Assembly: GCF_001194135.2 (NCBI RefSeq)
Contig: NC_068984.1
Span: 107,194,067 to 107,258,066, forward strand
Reading direction: 5' to 3'
Source of the DNA: Octopus bimaculoides
Taxonomy: Eukaryota
DNA length: 64,000 nucleotides
This document shows, piece by piece, positions 1 to 12,450 of the stretch (the stretch's first letter is position 1; each line of letters starts with the position of its first letter). Below the pieces are notes generated by a model. That model made no database searches and was not told where the DNA came from. It worked only from the letters and a program-made list of their open reading frames with translations. The position numbers and the translations under genes were made by a program.

Positions 1-930
1 CCGTCGGTGACACTGAGTGGTTCGGCATTGAGAGGGGTGTCCGACAGGGATGTGTTCTGTCTCCATATCTGCACAACATCTATGAAGAAAACATCATAAG
101 AGCAGTGAAGGAGAACTACGATGGTGGTGTACAGATTGGCGGAGAAAGGCTGTGCAATCTGAAATTCGCCGATGACACAACCCTCATAAGTAACAGCAAG
201 GACGAATTGCTGCAGATGATACGCAAAGTGAAAGACATGAGTGCACAAAGTGACCTATTCCTGGATGTAAAGAAGACAAAGATCTTGGTGGTGGATAAGT
301 ACAAGACAGACCAAGGTGACTTCACCGTAGACGGAGAGATGATTCAGGAAGTGGATGATTTTGTGTACTTGGGATCCACAATCAGCACCAGTGGATCAAG
401 TACACCAGAGATACGAAGAAGGCTCGCGATAGCCAGGCAAGCGGTACAATATATGGGGAACATCTGGAAGAGTCGTGGCGTGTCAATGCTGCTGAAGATA
501 AGGCTACTTTGGGCTGCCGCTTTCCCTATTGCGACGTACGGCTGCGAGTCGTGGACAATGCTGAAGGCAGACGAGAAAAGAGTGAACGCTTTTGAAATGT
601 GTTGTTACCGCAGAATCCTTAGTGTCGTGGACGGAGAGAAGGACGAACAACTGGGTACTAGAAAAGCTCGGTTGCGAGATGACGCTTCGGCGAAACATCA
701 TGAATCGGAAGCTACGGTTCTTTGGCTACGTCAAGCGCCGGGACGGACTTTAGCGAAAAATCATAACTGGCAAGGTGAATGGCAGACCACCCACTTCTTG
801 ACTGAAAGACATCGCAGCCACAGGATTGTCTTTATTCTCAGCTGTCCATGGGGTAGAGGACAGGAGAAGGTGGCATGACATCGTGATGACCACAGCATCG
901 CATAGTGCGACACCTGACTAGAAGAAGAAG
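1..930 (+). mobile_element. RTE-clade non-LTR retrotransposon, 3' part (RT domain to tail), frameshifted
   Basis: Translation gives GVRQGCVLSP and NLKFADDTTL RT motifs and YGCESWT...RVNAFEMCCYRRIL. Frameshift near 620, short (GAA)n tail at ~920-930. The element runs off the left edge of the window. Confidence 0.9.
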
Positions 931-1009
931 AGCATTCTCATTTCTACACATATACACATTGCTGTTTCTCGCTTATAAATCTACAAATATAATTATTATA
1001 CAGTTCACA

Positions 1010-1806
1010 TACGAACACGTAGAAGCCTCCGCACGTGAACAAAATAAGCAAACATCAAACGGATAGTATTTAAATGACTTTAACAATGCTAAATGATCCG
1101 AATCTAGTGAAGGCCGTAAATACTTGGGCAGTATCGTTACTTAGATATTCAGCAGCTTTTATTGATTGGACAAAATCTGAATTAGCGAATCTAGACAAAA
1201 GAACAAGGAAAAAATTCAATACTAATGAAGAACTTCATCATAGAGCAGAGTAGCAAGATTGTATTTACCTATTAAGGAAAGTGGTAGAGTTTTAATATCA
1301 GTAGAAAGTGTGTGGAGTTAGCTTGAGTAGATATAGCTTCCTTTGTAGGTAACAGTGAAGACATTTTATTAAGAGCTGCTGGCGTAACAGTAGTAGATAG
1401 GGATATTAAAAGACCAAATGTAGCAAAAAACAGAAACAGTAAAAAGAGTCAAAATTATCTTACTGGCAAGAGAAGGCTTTGCATTGTAGCTTTCCCACGA
1501 TAGTTGTAGAAACTAGTAATAGTGAGATATGGTTATGGTTGCAGAAAAGAAAGCTGGAAAGGGAGACAGAAAGTTTGTTAGTATCAGCGCAAGATCGGGA
1601 ATTGAGGACTAACTGGATAAAAGATTTAAACAGATAGATAGAGGAAAGAGGCATAAAACCTACTTTAGTACAGCTCCAGAAAACAGTATTGTTAGGGACA
1701 GCTAAGATACTTAGGAAGGTTTTGAGCGTCTAAGATTACTTGTTTTAGCCCGATGTTAGCTATTTTTCCAACAGTCTAATCTGTTGTACGTAAATTAAGT
1801 AATAAC
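1010..1806 (+). mobile_element. R4/Dong-like non-LTR retrotransposon remnant (internally deleted)
   Basis: Decayed frames read NLVKAVNTWAVSLLRYSAAFIDWTKSELANLDKRTRK, and the C-terminus reads LQKTVLLGTAKILRKVLSV* (stop 1731-1733), typical of R4/Dong ORFs. Followed by an (AGT)n tract. Confidence 0.75.
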
Positions 1807-1879
<73 letters not shown>

Positions 1880-1926
1880 ACAGCAGCAGCAGCAGTAGCA
1901 GTGGCAGCAGCAGCAGCAGCAACAGC

Positions 1927-1975
<49 letters not shown>
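1807..1975. repeat. (AGT)n/(AGC)n compound trinucleotide microsatellite
   Basis: Directly visible; it explains the poly-Y/L/T ORFs in the track. Confidence 0.95.
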
Positions 1976-2245
1976 ACCTTGATGCAGTACCAGGCAATGG
2001 CTCTCATGGCTTCTCATATTGGAAGTGTTATCGTGTACATGGTTGTCTTGGCGTAAAAGTTGGACTACGGCAAATATGTTCCTTAATACCATAGATTTGT
2101 GTGTTAGTTGGTTGACCTTAACCAGTTCAGTATGTCCCTCAGTGGCTAACGGTGTGTGTATCTCTGATCTGGAGCAGAAATAGTGGAGGCGAGAACATCA
2201 TAGCCTTGTGTTGAGAGGAATTCTTTAGAGTTTGAATAATTCACT

Positions 2246-2845
2246 TCCAGAAAGTCGAAAGCATGACTAACATCGTTAGCGCTTGTTTGTCTTGTAGAGA
2301 AAGAGTATAGGTGCAGACACCGGAAGTATGAATGAGGTAACGGGCGCCTGGTACCAACATACACCGAGAAGAGTAATGAACGAGACAGGAAAGCAATGAT
2401 GCTCTGGGACTTTGACTTCCAGACAAACAAGGTGTTAGAGCACCGAAGGCGGGATATAATAGCCTTTAAGAGAAACAAGCAACTGTGCCTAATAATTGAT
2501 TAGGCAATGCCAGGAGCTCAACATATTGTTATGAAAGAAAGAGTAAGCGTCTACAAATATAAAGACCTGAAAATTGAGATCCTCAATTTGCTTGAGTTGC
2601 TCCAGTTGTCATCGGAGCATTGGGTTCTATACAGCCCTACCTGAAAAAGCATCTGAACACTTTAGATATACCTTACAATCTTGGTGTATTGCAGAAATCG
2701 GCTTTACTTGGAACAGCACGCATACTGCGTAAAGTATTGTCTGTTTGAGATCCTTGTTGTGATTTGAAAGACAGCACAAATCCCTGGTCAGCACAGTATT
2801 TTTAATCTACGTCATCACAATATTTGATACACTGCGACGTGTTTT
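2246..2845 (+). mobile_element. R4/Dong-like non-LTR retrotransposon, REL endonuclease and 3' end
   Basis: Reads MLWDFDFQTNKVLEHRRRDII...CLIID*AMPG...KYKDLKIEI (decayed PD-(D/E)xK REL region) and VVIGALGSI...LQKSALLGTARILRKVLSV* (stop 2746-2748). A ~100 bp 3'UTR then runs into (AAT)n. Confidence 0.85.
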
Positions 2846-2854
2846 ATAATAATG

Positions 2855-2922
<68 letters not shown>

Positions 2923-2963
2923 AACAACAACAACAACAACAACAACACAACAACAACAACAAA

Positions 2964-3025
<62 letters not shown>
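2846..3025. repeat. Compound (AAT)n-(AAG)n-(AAC)n-(AAT)n microsatellite
   Basis: Directly visible. Confidence 0.95.
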
Positions 3026-3028
<3 letters not shown>

Positions 3029-4062
3029 AAATATTCAGACAAATACATAACAAAAACACCAGGACTTACAAATATATATAACATACAGAAAATTGCACTA
3101 CTGGGTNNNNNNNNNNNNNNNNNNNNNNNNNNNNNNNNNNNNNNNNNNNNNNNNNNNNNNNNNNNNNNNNNNNNNNNNNNNNNNNNNNNNNNNNNNNNNN
3201 NNNNNNNNNNNNNNNNNNNNNNNNNNNNNNNNNNNNNNNNNNNNNNNNNNNNNNNNNNNNNNNNNNNNNNNNNNNNNNNNNNNNNNNNNNNNNNNNNNNN
3301 NNNNNNNNNNNNNNNNNNNNNNNNNNNNNNNNNNNNNNNNNNNNNNNNNNNNNNNNNNNNNNNNNNNNNNNNNNNNNNNNNNNNNNNNNNNNNNNNNNNN
3401 NNNNNNNNNNNNNNNNNNNNNNNNNNNNNNNNNNNNNNATATATATATATATAAACGCAACGACAAAGATTAAGCGTACACATTCTTTATGGTACGATGT
3501 ACTGGAAGTATGTTAAGCTGCATTCTGTATCTGCTATAAACAAACGTATTAATCAATGAATAAATAAATATATCTGTATTGAATCAACTCATTTTCGATG
3601 TTGTTCTTTGATCGAATATACATTGACAAAGCAGACAAAATATTTTCAGATAATCTGATTTTAGATATTTTAGATGAAATGCATTGTATTCCGAAATCTA
3701 TGTAACTGCAATTTCTTTGAGTTTTCTTTTTTTTCTTTTTTCTTTTTGTTTTACTTTTATTTTTGTTATTCCTGTATATGTAAATATGAAGTTTCCTGGT
3801 GGAGAAAGAAATGTGATACATTTAGAGTTCATTTTACAATGGTTCACAGTTGTTTAAGAGATATCGACGCTCCATGCATTTACATAATATGAGTTTAAAA
3901 GAAGAAAAAGACGAGAAACATTGGTATCTAAAATAGCAAGATATGGCATATGTGTGTGTGTGTGTGTGTATGTGTGTGTATGTGTGTGTGTGTGTATGTG
4001 TAAAGTAACAAGCTAATCCGTAGATATATATATATAAAGTGGCAAGCTATTTCATGTGTCTG

Positions 4063-4098
<36 letters not shown>

Positions 4099-4184
4099 TG
4101 TATGTATACAAATACATACACATATAGTGTAAATATATATACATATATATACATCAAGTAACAAACTATTTCGTGTGTGTCCGC

Positions 4185-4217
<33 letters not shown>

Positions 4218-5154
4218 CAAATACATACACATATAACATAAATATAGATACATATATATACATCANNNNNNNNNNNNNNNNNNNNNNNNNNNNNNNNNNN
4301 NNNNNNNNNNNNNNNNNNNNNNNNNNNNNNNNNNNNNNNNNNNNNNNNNNNNNNNNNNNNNNNNNNNNNNNNNNNNNNNNNNNNNNNNNNNNNNNNNNNN
4401 NNNNNNNNNNNNNNNNNNNNNNNNNNNNNNNNNNNNNNNNNNNNNNNNNNNNNNNNNNNNNNNNNNNNNNNNNNNNNNNNNNNNNNNNNNNNNNNNNNNN
4501 NNNNNNNNNNNNNNNNNNNNNNNNNNNNNNNNNNNNNNNNNNNNNNNNNNNNNNNNNNNNNNNNNNNNNNNNNNNNNNNNNNNNNNNNNNNNNNNNNNNN
4601 NNNNNNNNNNNNNNNNNNNNNNNNNNNNNNNNNNNNNNNNNNNNNNNNNNNNNNNNNNNNNNNNNNNNNNNNNNNNNNNNNNNNNNNNNNNNNNNNNNNN
4701 NNNNNNNNNNNNNNNNNNNNNNNNNNNNNNNNNNNNNNNNNNNNNNNNNNNNNNNNNNNNNNNNNNNNNNNNNNNNNNNNNNNNNNNNNNNNNNNNNNNN
4801 NNNNNNNNNNNNNNNNNNNNNNNNNNNNNNNNNNNNNNNNNNNNNNNNNNNNNNNNNNNNNNNNNNNNNNNNNNNNNNNNNNNNNNNNNNNNNNNNNNNN
4901 NNNNNNNNNNNNNNNNNNNNNNNNNNNNNNNNNNNNNNNNNNNNNNNNNNNNNNNNNNNNNNNNNNNNNNNNNNNNNNNNNNNNNNNNNNNNNNNNNNNN
5001 NNNNNNNNNNNNNNNNNNNNNNNNNNNNNNNNNNNNNNNNNNNNNNNNNNNNNNNNNNNNNNNNTAAACGCAAACAGCAAGTAAGGAAACGTGAAAAACC
5101 TTTAATAGACCATTGAGCATGGTAGTGTCTTACACACACGTGTGCGCGCGTGCA

Positions 5155-5155
5155 A

Positions 5156-5243
<88 letters not shown>

Positions 5244-5245
5244 AA
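5155..5245. repeat. (AAAG)n microsatellite
   Basis: Directly visible. Confidence 0.95.
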
Positions 5246-5549
5246 AATATTTGACGTTGCCCGAGTACTGAAAATGTAGAACATTTATTTGCAACATTTA
5301 AATGTCATATAATAAGTTTTTATAATGGTAGTCTTTGCATATGCTTTTATTGTAATGTAGGTACAGTGACAAAGTTGAATCGTTGCAGGATTCTAAAATG
5401 TGTGAAATTTTTGACTTTGTGATTATTCATAATTTTAAGAGTTACTTGGAAAATACTATCCTTATATGTTTTATATTATATATTGGTTTCAAATTTTGGC
5501 AGTAGGTCAGCCACTTCTGGGGAGTATGTAAGTCGCTTACATCAACAAC

Positions 5550-5950
5550 GTGGAGGCGCAATGGCCCAGTGGTTAGGACAGCAGACTCATGGTCATAGGA
5601 TCGCGGTTTCGATTCCCAGACCGGGCGTTGTGAGTGTTTATTGAGCGAAAACACCTAAAGCTCCACGAGGCTCCGGCAGGGGATGGTGACGAACCCTGCT
5701 GTACTCTTTCACCACAACTTTCACTCATTCTTACTTCCTGTTTCTGTTGTGCCTGTAATTCAAAGGGTCAGCCTTGTCACACTGTGTCACGCTGAATATC
5801 CCCGAGAACTACGTTAAGGGTACACGTGTCTGTGGAGTGCTCAGCCACTTGCACGTTAATTTCACGAGCAGGCTGTTCCGTTGATCGGATCAACTGGAAC
5901 CCTCGACGTCGTAAGCGACGGAGTGCCAACAACACAACACAACAACAACA
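5550..5950 (+). mobile_element. tRNA-derived SINE, family 1 (GTGGAGGCGCAATGG head, (CAA)n tail)
   Basis: A-box TGGCCCAGTGG and B-box GGTTTCGATTCC. Near-identical copies at 35314, 46838 and 51937. Confidence 0.9.
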
Positions 5951-6182
5951 GTGCTCAAATGGTAATTATTTTATCGAAACCGAAATGACAAAAGGCAAAG
6001 TCGCCCACGACGGAATTTGAGCTAGGAAAGTAAATACAGACGACATTCTACTAAGTATTTTGCCCGGCGTGCTAACCATTCTGCCAGCACACCGCCATTA
6101 TTTTTATGTTATATATTGAAATTCTAAATTCATATACAGCTCGCAAAGCAAAAATGCCTTTTTGTACAGCAAAATCATTGGA

Positions 6183-6358
6183 TTAGATAACATCTCTTGC
6201 TCTACGGTTTAGTGCTCTACTGAAATGGTGTTTGTCTGGTCCAGAATTTTGAAATGGTTTCTGCCTGGTGCAGCATGCAACACTGGGCTCACCATGAGAG
6301 TAACATGACTCTATCAGTTTAACTCCATCTACACTGAGTGACTGTCTCTGACCGAAAC
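6183..6358 (-). CDS. Candidate terminal coding exon of unknown protein (FGQRQSLSVDGVKLIESCYSHGEPSVACCTRQKPFQNSGPDKHHFSRALNRRARDVI*)
   Basis: Pyrimidine-rich acceptor TTGTCTTTTCTGTGACTGTCAACAG|, then 57 open codons to TAA. An alternative donor GTGAGC lies at 6292. No homology recognised. Confidence 0.25.
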
Positions 6359-6464
6359 CTGTTGACAGTCACAGAAAAGACAATATCACTGGAAACTTCA
6401 GTGAAATATTATATCTAATAGGATCAGGCGAATGCATAGAATGAAAGCATCTCTCTTAGCACAG

Positions 6465-6750
6465 TCATAATGGTGGCTTAGTGGTTAGAGTGTTACACTC
6501 GTGATCTAACGATCGTGATTTCAATTCCTAGACCGGGTGGTGTCTTGTGCTCTTGAGCAAAATACTTCATTTTTCATTGTTCTACAATCACTGTCACACC
6601 TGACGTGGTACACAGAGCACCCGTTCAGACAACGTCGATTTGATGGAGGGAATGAGCTAATGTGCAGCACGAACACTTGATCATTATATACAAATCATTT
6701 GTGCAGGTCGTACGCAAAAGCTGAACACTCATACGTCGTCTTCAACGAGA
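6465..6750 (+). mobile_element. tRNA-headed SINE, diverged family
   Basis: GGTGGCTTAGTGGTTAG A-box, GATTTCAATTCC B-box-like motif and a CTTGAGCAAAATACTTCATTT central domain also seen at 9509, 12470 and ~58000. Confidence 0.6.
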
Positions 6751-6761
6751 GAGCCCATCAT

Positions 6762-6824
<63 letters not shown>

Positions 6825-6886
6825 CATGCACACACGCGCACGCACACACGCACACATACATATATATATACGTGTGTATGTATATG

Positions 6887-6929
<43 letters not shown>

Positions 6930-6939
6930 NNNNNNNNNN

Positions 6940-6978
<39 letters not shown>

Positions 6979-7886
6979 TGTGAACGTATGCATCCAATCA
7001 ACTAGAAAGAAAATGATACTTCTATTGCTGCTACTTGGAGTCTTTCCCGAAATTACGATATGAAGAAAACTGTGACTCTGACAAATATTGTAACAAAAAA
7101 GCTCTACAAAGTAATTAAGGAATTCCTTTTTTTACTTTGGTAGAATTCTTATTCTAATTTCTGCTGGGAGAAGATGGGGAATAATTTCCTAAACCCATTC
7201 AGTGAAAAATTATTTAGAAAACCCTTTGGTTAATGGTAAACACAGAACGATAGTACGCTTATTTAGAATTGTGAACAAGTCTGACATGGAATTTAATCAG
7301 ATAAGACTTTTCAATTGATGAATTTTCTTTACTGAGCCTCATAGAAAATGTAAAAAGAAAATTTACATATTAATTTAAATATAAAAATACATAACAAATA
7401 TTTACATAAAAATCCAGTGGATCGGAAATTACAATCCTGATGAGATATTTACGGATTACTAAACTGCTGCTATACGATTTTATTTGAATGAAAGTATTGC
7501 TTTTGTTTGTTTTTAATTAATTTTGTGTTTTGAATAACATTCAGATGTATTCCGAATGATATTCAAAATTTTGTTCAAAATAGAAGAACGGTATAATATG
7601 TTTCTGAGAATAGCTGCCAAATTTAGTGCCGTCAATACGAAACACTGAAAATGATTATAATACCCTGCTGAAATTTATAAAGACGATTTCAATAAAAATA
7701 TTAATTATTTACGAAAAACATAACAATATAAAAAAAATTAAAATTAAAAAGTTAAAATGAATAATTTAAGATTTATGATTGTTTATACTATATTCATTTT
7801 ATTCCATAAATTTTGTGTATTGTATGAGATTTATCAAATACAGTATGTTGTCAATTTGTCAGCCTAACTTAGAAAAATGTCACTGT

Positions 7887-7924
7887 GCGTTAAGAATTTC
7901 GTATTTTTTTAACCTCATCAGCGC
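7887..7924 (-). ncRNA. Degenerate hammerhead-ribozyme-like motif (same style as 21455)
   Basis: Minus strand reads GCG-CTGATGA-GGTTAAAAAAATAC-GAAA-TTCTTAA-CGC. The core boxes are intact, but stems II and III pair poorly. Confidence 0.3.
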
Positions 7925-8130
7925 TGCATTGTTATTTCATTCTCCGTAGCTCAGTCTGCCTTGATGTAAACAGGATGTCCTTTATCTGGCGTTGCAAATG
8001 ATGGGAGCACAAGATTGTTCGCTAGCAAAATTGTATTGAATTTCTTCCGTGTATGTAGCTTGCTATAGAGTCGTAGTCTTCTAGGAATCTTTGCTTCTTA
8101 TCCACCGTAATCGATATTTTCAGGGGTGTA

Positions 8131-8345
8131 AGGTGGCGAGTTGGCAGAAACGTTAGCACGCCGGGCGAAATGCTTAGCGGTATTTCGTCTGTCTTCACGT
8201 TCTAAGTTCAAATTCCGCTGAGGTAGACTTTGCCTTTCATCCTTTTGGGGTCGATAAATTAAGTACCAGTTGCTTACAGGGGTCGATCTAATCGATTGCC
8301 CCTCTCCCCACAAAAAAATTTCAGGCCTTGTGCCTACAGTAGAAA
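8131..8345 (+). mobile_element. SINE family 3 (GGCGGCGAGCTGGCAGAA head)
   Basis: Multiple diverged copies in the window (5965-6097 -, 13725-13825 -, 35000-35265, 36030-36145 -, 37080-37260 -, 43920-44100, 54583-55035, 59395-59610 -). Confidence 0.85.
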
Positions 8346-8718
8346 CGAATATTTTCAGTGGTGTCTCAGGAACCTAACAGGTTTTGTTGCTACAGTATCT
8401 ACAGACAAATACAATTTGCTTGAAATTTGTCAATGAAAACTGTGAAACTTTTGTTTCAGCAAATATTATGGATATATGGAATATAAAGAAATAACTGAAA
8501 GGAAGCAAAATATAATACTGAGGTCTAAATATTAGGGCTTTCTTTGGAAGATTCAATATTGCTTTAGATACTATGTATAATGAGCCGATTAATAGTAATA
8601 TCTGTCAGAAGACATTGACAGAAAGTAATAAATTTTTAATACTGAGATACAGTCAAACTTATTGACCGCAATATATTCAAATGACTTTCGTAAAGTTCTA
8701 CTCCATATCATAACTCAC

Positions 8719-8847
8719 AGGAATATAGTTGAATACCATCATCCATTTAGTCTGTCGTTTTGATACCATTATATCTCAGTGGTTGTGTTATTATTGTCAT
8801 GGAGAATAAGTTTGATTTTTCTCAACGCAATAGATACATTTCCACAA
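8719..8847 (-). other. Candidate spliced exon (129 nt; no through-going frame, late ATG gives MDDGIQLYS in phase 1)
   Basis: Strong acceptor CTATCTATTTTTCTTTTGATTTCAG| and consensus donor |GTGAGT. Confidence 0.3.
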
Positions 8848-9508
8848 CTGAAATCAAAAGAAAAATAGATAGGTATGCCTTGTTAATCTTTTTATTTATT
8901 TTTTATTTCTACATATTTTCTGTTATTTATATATATTGCAAACATTTCAGATGCTGTCAAATTTAATAATCTGTAATAAATATTTTGGCAATGTTGAAAT
9001 TCTATATAATCCATGATTAAGCAAAATTTACAAAAAAATGAAAATGGTTTTATATTTGCTCTGGAAAATCTTAGAAAACCTTCCGTTCCCTCACATCAAA
9101 ACTAAACCAGTTTCATACTTCATATCTGAGTGAATGATATTTATATTTTTTATGCTTCTACAGTTTGTCTTTATTACTTTCAAGCGCTTCTGAGAAATTT
9201 TACTCTGCTGCGACAAATGCATTGTTAATTGACATTGTAGTGACTACAAGATCCATAAAAAGTCATGTAACAAGCGAAAATGCAATTCCGTAGGATTAGT
9301 GGTTATAATGTTGAAAATTAATTATGCATTGTTCTATATCTCAAAAGCTGCAGGAAGTGCTAAACAACCCCAACGGTCTAACGTTTGTTTTTCTCAACAT
9401 TGAGTTGTGCATTGCTCACAACCAAATCACTTAACAGTTTTTTAGTGCTACATATACAAAATTCATAATGTTATGCAATACAGCGTTTAGTTGTATACAG
9501 TTAAAGGA

Positions 9509-9828
9509 ACGTGACTTAGTGGCTAAGAGTATTCGGCTCACGATCATAAGGTTGTGAGTTCGATTCCCGGCGGTGCTCGTGACCTTGTGCAAGACATTTT
9601 ATTTCACATTGTTCCGGTTCACTTAGCAGGCCAAAATGAGCTGTACCTGAATTTTAAAGAGCCAGCGTTTGTCACATTCTGTGTCACGTTGAATCGCCTT
9701 TAGAGCTACGTTAAGGGTACACGTGTCTGAGGTGTGTTCAGCCACTTGCACGTTAATTTCACGAGCCGGCTGTTCGGTTGATCGGATCGACTGGAATACT
9801 CGTCGTCATAACCGGTTATGTCGCTACA
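9509..9828 (+). mobile_element. tRNA-headed SINE sharing its 3' tail with family 1
   Basis: Different head and middle, but the same TACGTTAAGGGTACACGTGTCTG...GATCGGATC tail as 5550-5950. Confidence 0.75.
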
Positions 9829-10081
9829 GGACGTCTGCCAGTGGAGAGCGCAGGCTGAACGATATCACGTGATCTGTCAGTTCTGGCGGCCGTACCAGAC
9901 GGAATTCGTCTCTCAACGATATAAATATGGATGCTTTTATGCACCATGAGTTGATACGAGATATCCTATGGTAAATAACACAGTTTTATATGATCTAACA
10001 CAACATCGACATTACGTTGAAAATAAAAACTATTTTTAGTATTAATACAGAATCTGTCGCTATTAACTATTTATATATACA

Positions 10082-10117
<36 letters not shown>

Positions 10118-10789
10118 TATATATANNNNNNNNNNNNNNNNNNNNNNNNNNNNNNNNNNNNNNNNNNNNNNNNNNNNNNNNNNNNNNNNNNNNNNNNNNN
10201 NNNNNNNNNNNNNNNNNNNNNNNNNNNNNNNNNNNNNNNNNNNNNNNNNNNNNNNNNNNNNNNNNNNNNNNNNNNNNNNNNNNNNNNNNNNNNNNNNNNN
10301 NNNNNNNNNNNNNNNNNNNNNNNNNNNNNNNNNNNNNNNNNNNNNNNNNNNNNNNNNNNNNNNNNNNNNNNNNNNNNNNNNNNNNNNNNNNNNNNNNNNN
10401 NNNNNNNNNNNNNNNNNNNNNNNNNNNNNNNNNNNNNNNNNNNNNNNNNNNNNNNNNNNNNNNNNNNNNNNNNNNNNNNNNNNNNNNNNNNNNNNNNNNN
10501 NNNNNNNNNNNNNNNNNNNNNNNNNNNNNNNNNNNNNNNNNNNNNNNNNNNNNNNNNNNNNNNNNNNNNNNNNNNNNNNNNNNNNNNNNNNNNCCTTTAT
10601 ATTGAACACTCAATATTTCATCTACATTCAATACTTTATTTCATGGTGCCATCCATTTTTATTTTATTTTATTTTATATTATATATTGTATATTATATAT
10701 TGTATATTCCATATTCTATACCCACATTGGTTCTGCAGGAATATAAATAAAACATAAAAAACAGACAGTGTTGGAACTCTTTTAAACAA

Positions 10790-10824
<35 letters not shown>

Positions 10825-10978
10825 CATATATATGCATGTATGTATGTACGTATATGTGTATATGCATGTGTGTATGCAAGTATGTATGTATGTATGTATA
10901 CATAGATATAAATATATGCACATAAACATATCTACAGATACCTGCACAGGCGCACACACCCTACCATAAACATGTATG

Positions 10979-11064
<86 letters not shown>

Positions 11065-11649
11065 CGTATAAAGGTATAATTAATTGAAGAAGTGATGCAT
11101 GAGTTAAGACTAATCTGCGTCGCTGTCAGATTGTCACACGAATCTTTCTCATCCCTATCGCGGATGACTAACTTTTCAGAGATAATTTGCTTGTGTCAGT
11201 TTACTTCTGGTTCGTTCTCGTTTGTCGTCCTCAAGGCAACACATACAATTAGTATATTAGTCTTCATGTAAGCATTAAATTTTCTTTTCTGTATTTCTTT
11301 TCATTTTCTTTTTCTTTTCTTTTTATCCATTTCAAGCAGATTCTTAGTCTTCTCAGATTCGGCAACATAAATAAATAAATGAATAAATGAATGAATAAAT
11401 AAATAAAAACTCAGTTATTAATATATTAGTGACTTGATATTTTTGCCTAAATTGTCATGGAAATTGACAATTCCTATCCTGGATATCTGATAATGTCTTC
11501 AGGCCATCATCTTAATAACCTATTTAATGATATGTGTATATACACACATATATATATATATTTTAGATATATCGTATATATAAATATAATCTTTCATTGT
11601 TTTATGCGTTTCGGCCCAAAGGTTGTGGCCATGCTGGGACACTACCAGT

Positions 11650-11840
11650 ATTATCACCCTTTCAATTAGTAGGCTTTTATGATTGGCTTTTGAGTTTCTT
11701 GTTGTGATGTATGTAGATTCAGCTGGGATCTTAGACAGAAGGAGATCAAGTTGTTTTTTGTAAACATCTACCCCTACTCCATGAAAATTTCTTGGTGCGA
11801 TATTAAGTATTTGTGGACCTTTGAATCCCAAGTTATTTCA
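11650..11840 (-). mobile_element. Non-LTR retrotransposon ORF C-terminal remnant (clade not assigned)
   Basis: GFKGPQILNIAPRNFHGVGVDVYKKQLDLLLSKIP resembles the GPxLFNxLP...FKxxLDxxLxxIP end of LINE ORF2 proteins. Confidence 0.5.
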
Positions 11841-12029
11841 GTACCTGGTCCAAACTCTTAATGGGATGGGTGGAACAGTGCAGTGACGTATAGTCCAAGA
11901 GCTGGTATAACTCTCGATACAATAGTTTGGTACCCACTCCCCTAGGATCTTCAATACGCATATCACAGCATATCTTTCCTGTTTTCGCTCGATAGAGTAG
12001 AGTCGTTACACAGTAACTCTGCTGTAAAA

Positions 12030-12450
12030 TGACGCAAATCTTCGCAGGTAATATCATCTTGATAGAGCATACACCTAAGGAACTAGAGGAAATGCTCGCC
12101 GTTATCCAAGCAGCAGGCTTACCTGTCGGCCTCAACATAAACCTTTGAAAGACCAAGGTCATGTTTAATGGCCACGCTATGCTGGCGCCCGACACCGTAA
12201 ATGGCAAAACCATAGAAGAGCTAAACAGCTACATTTTCCTGAGAAAGATGGTAACAAAAGACGGAAATCGCCTCCCGGTGACCAAAAGAGAAACAGTGCT
12301 TGGTTGGGAGGCCTTTGGAAAGGTAGAAAACTTCATGAGAAGTCCCAAAGCTTCCATGAAAATTAAAAGGGAGATCTTCAATGAGTACATCCTGCCAGTG
12401 ATGATTTACGGCAATAAAACATGAGCTCTCAAAACTACCATCATAAAAAC
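12030..12450 (+). mobile_element. RTE LINE RT/thumb fragment
   Basis: GLNINL*KTKVMFN...IEELNSYIFL...GWEAFGK...IFNEYILPVMIYG. Confidence 0.75.

Noticed and set aside
1760-2092. Poly-Y/L/T ORFs (also 2824-3081, 60224-60493 and the many YI/HT/CV ORFs)
   Set aside because: These are translations of microsatellites, with no coding signal.
3093-5139. Long X-filled ORFs (also at 10.0-10.7, 25.5-26.3, 31.9-32.6 and 33.6-34.8 kb)
   Set aside because: Artefacts of N gaps.
5550-5625. tRNA gene
   Set aside because: The tRNA-like A/B boxes are SINE heads followed by the family body and tail; there is no complete cloverleaf or acceptor stem.
6293-6358. Astacin-like GQRxxLS C-terminal motif
   Set aside because: The conserved Asp and Cys spacing is wrong, and no HExxH or SIMHY exon was found in the window.
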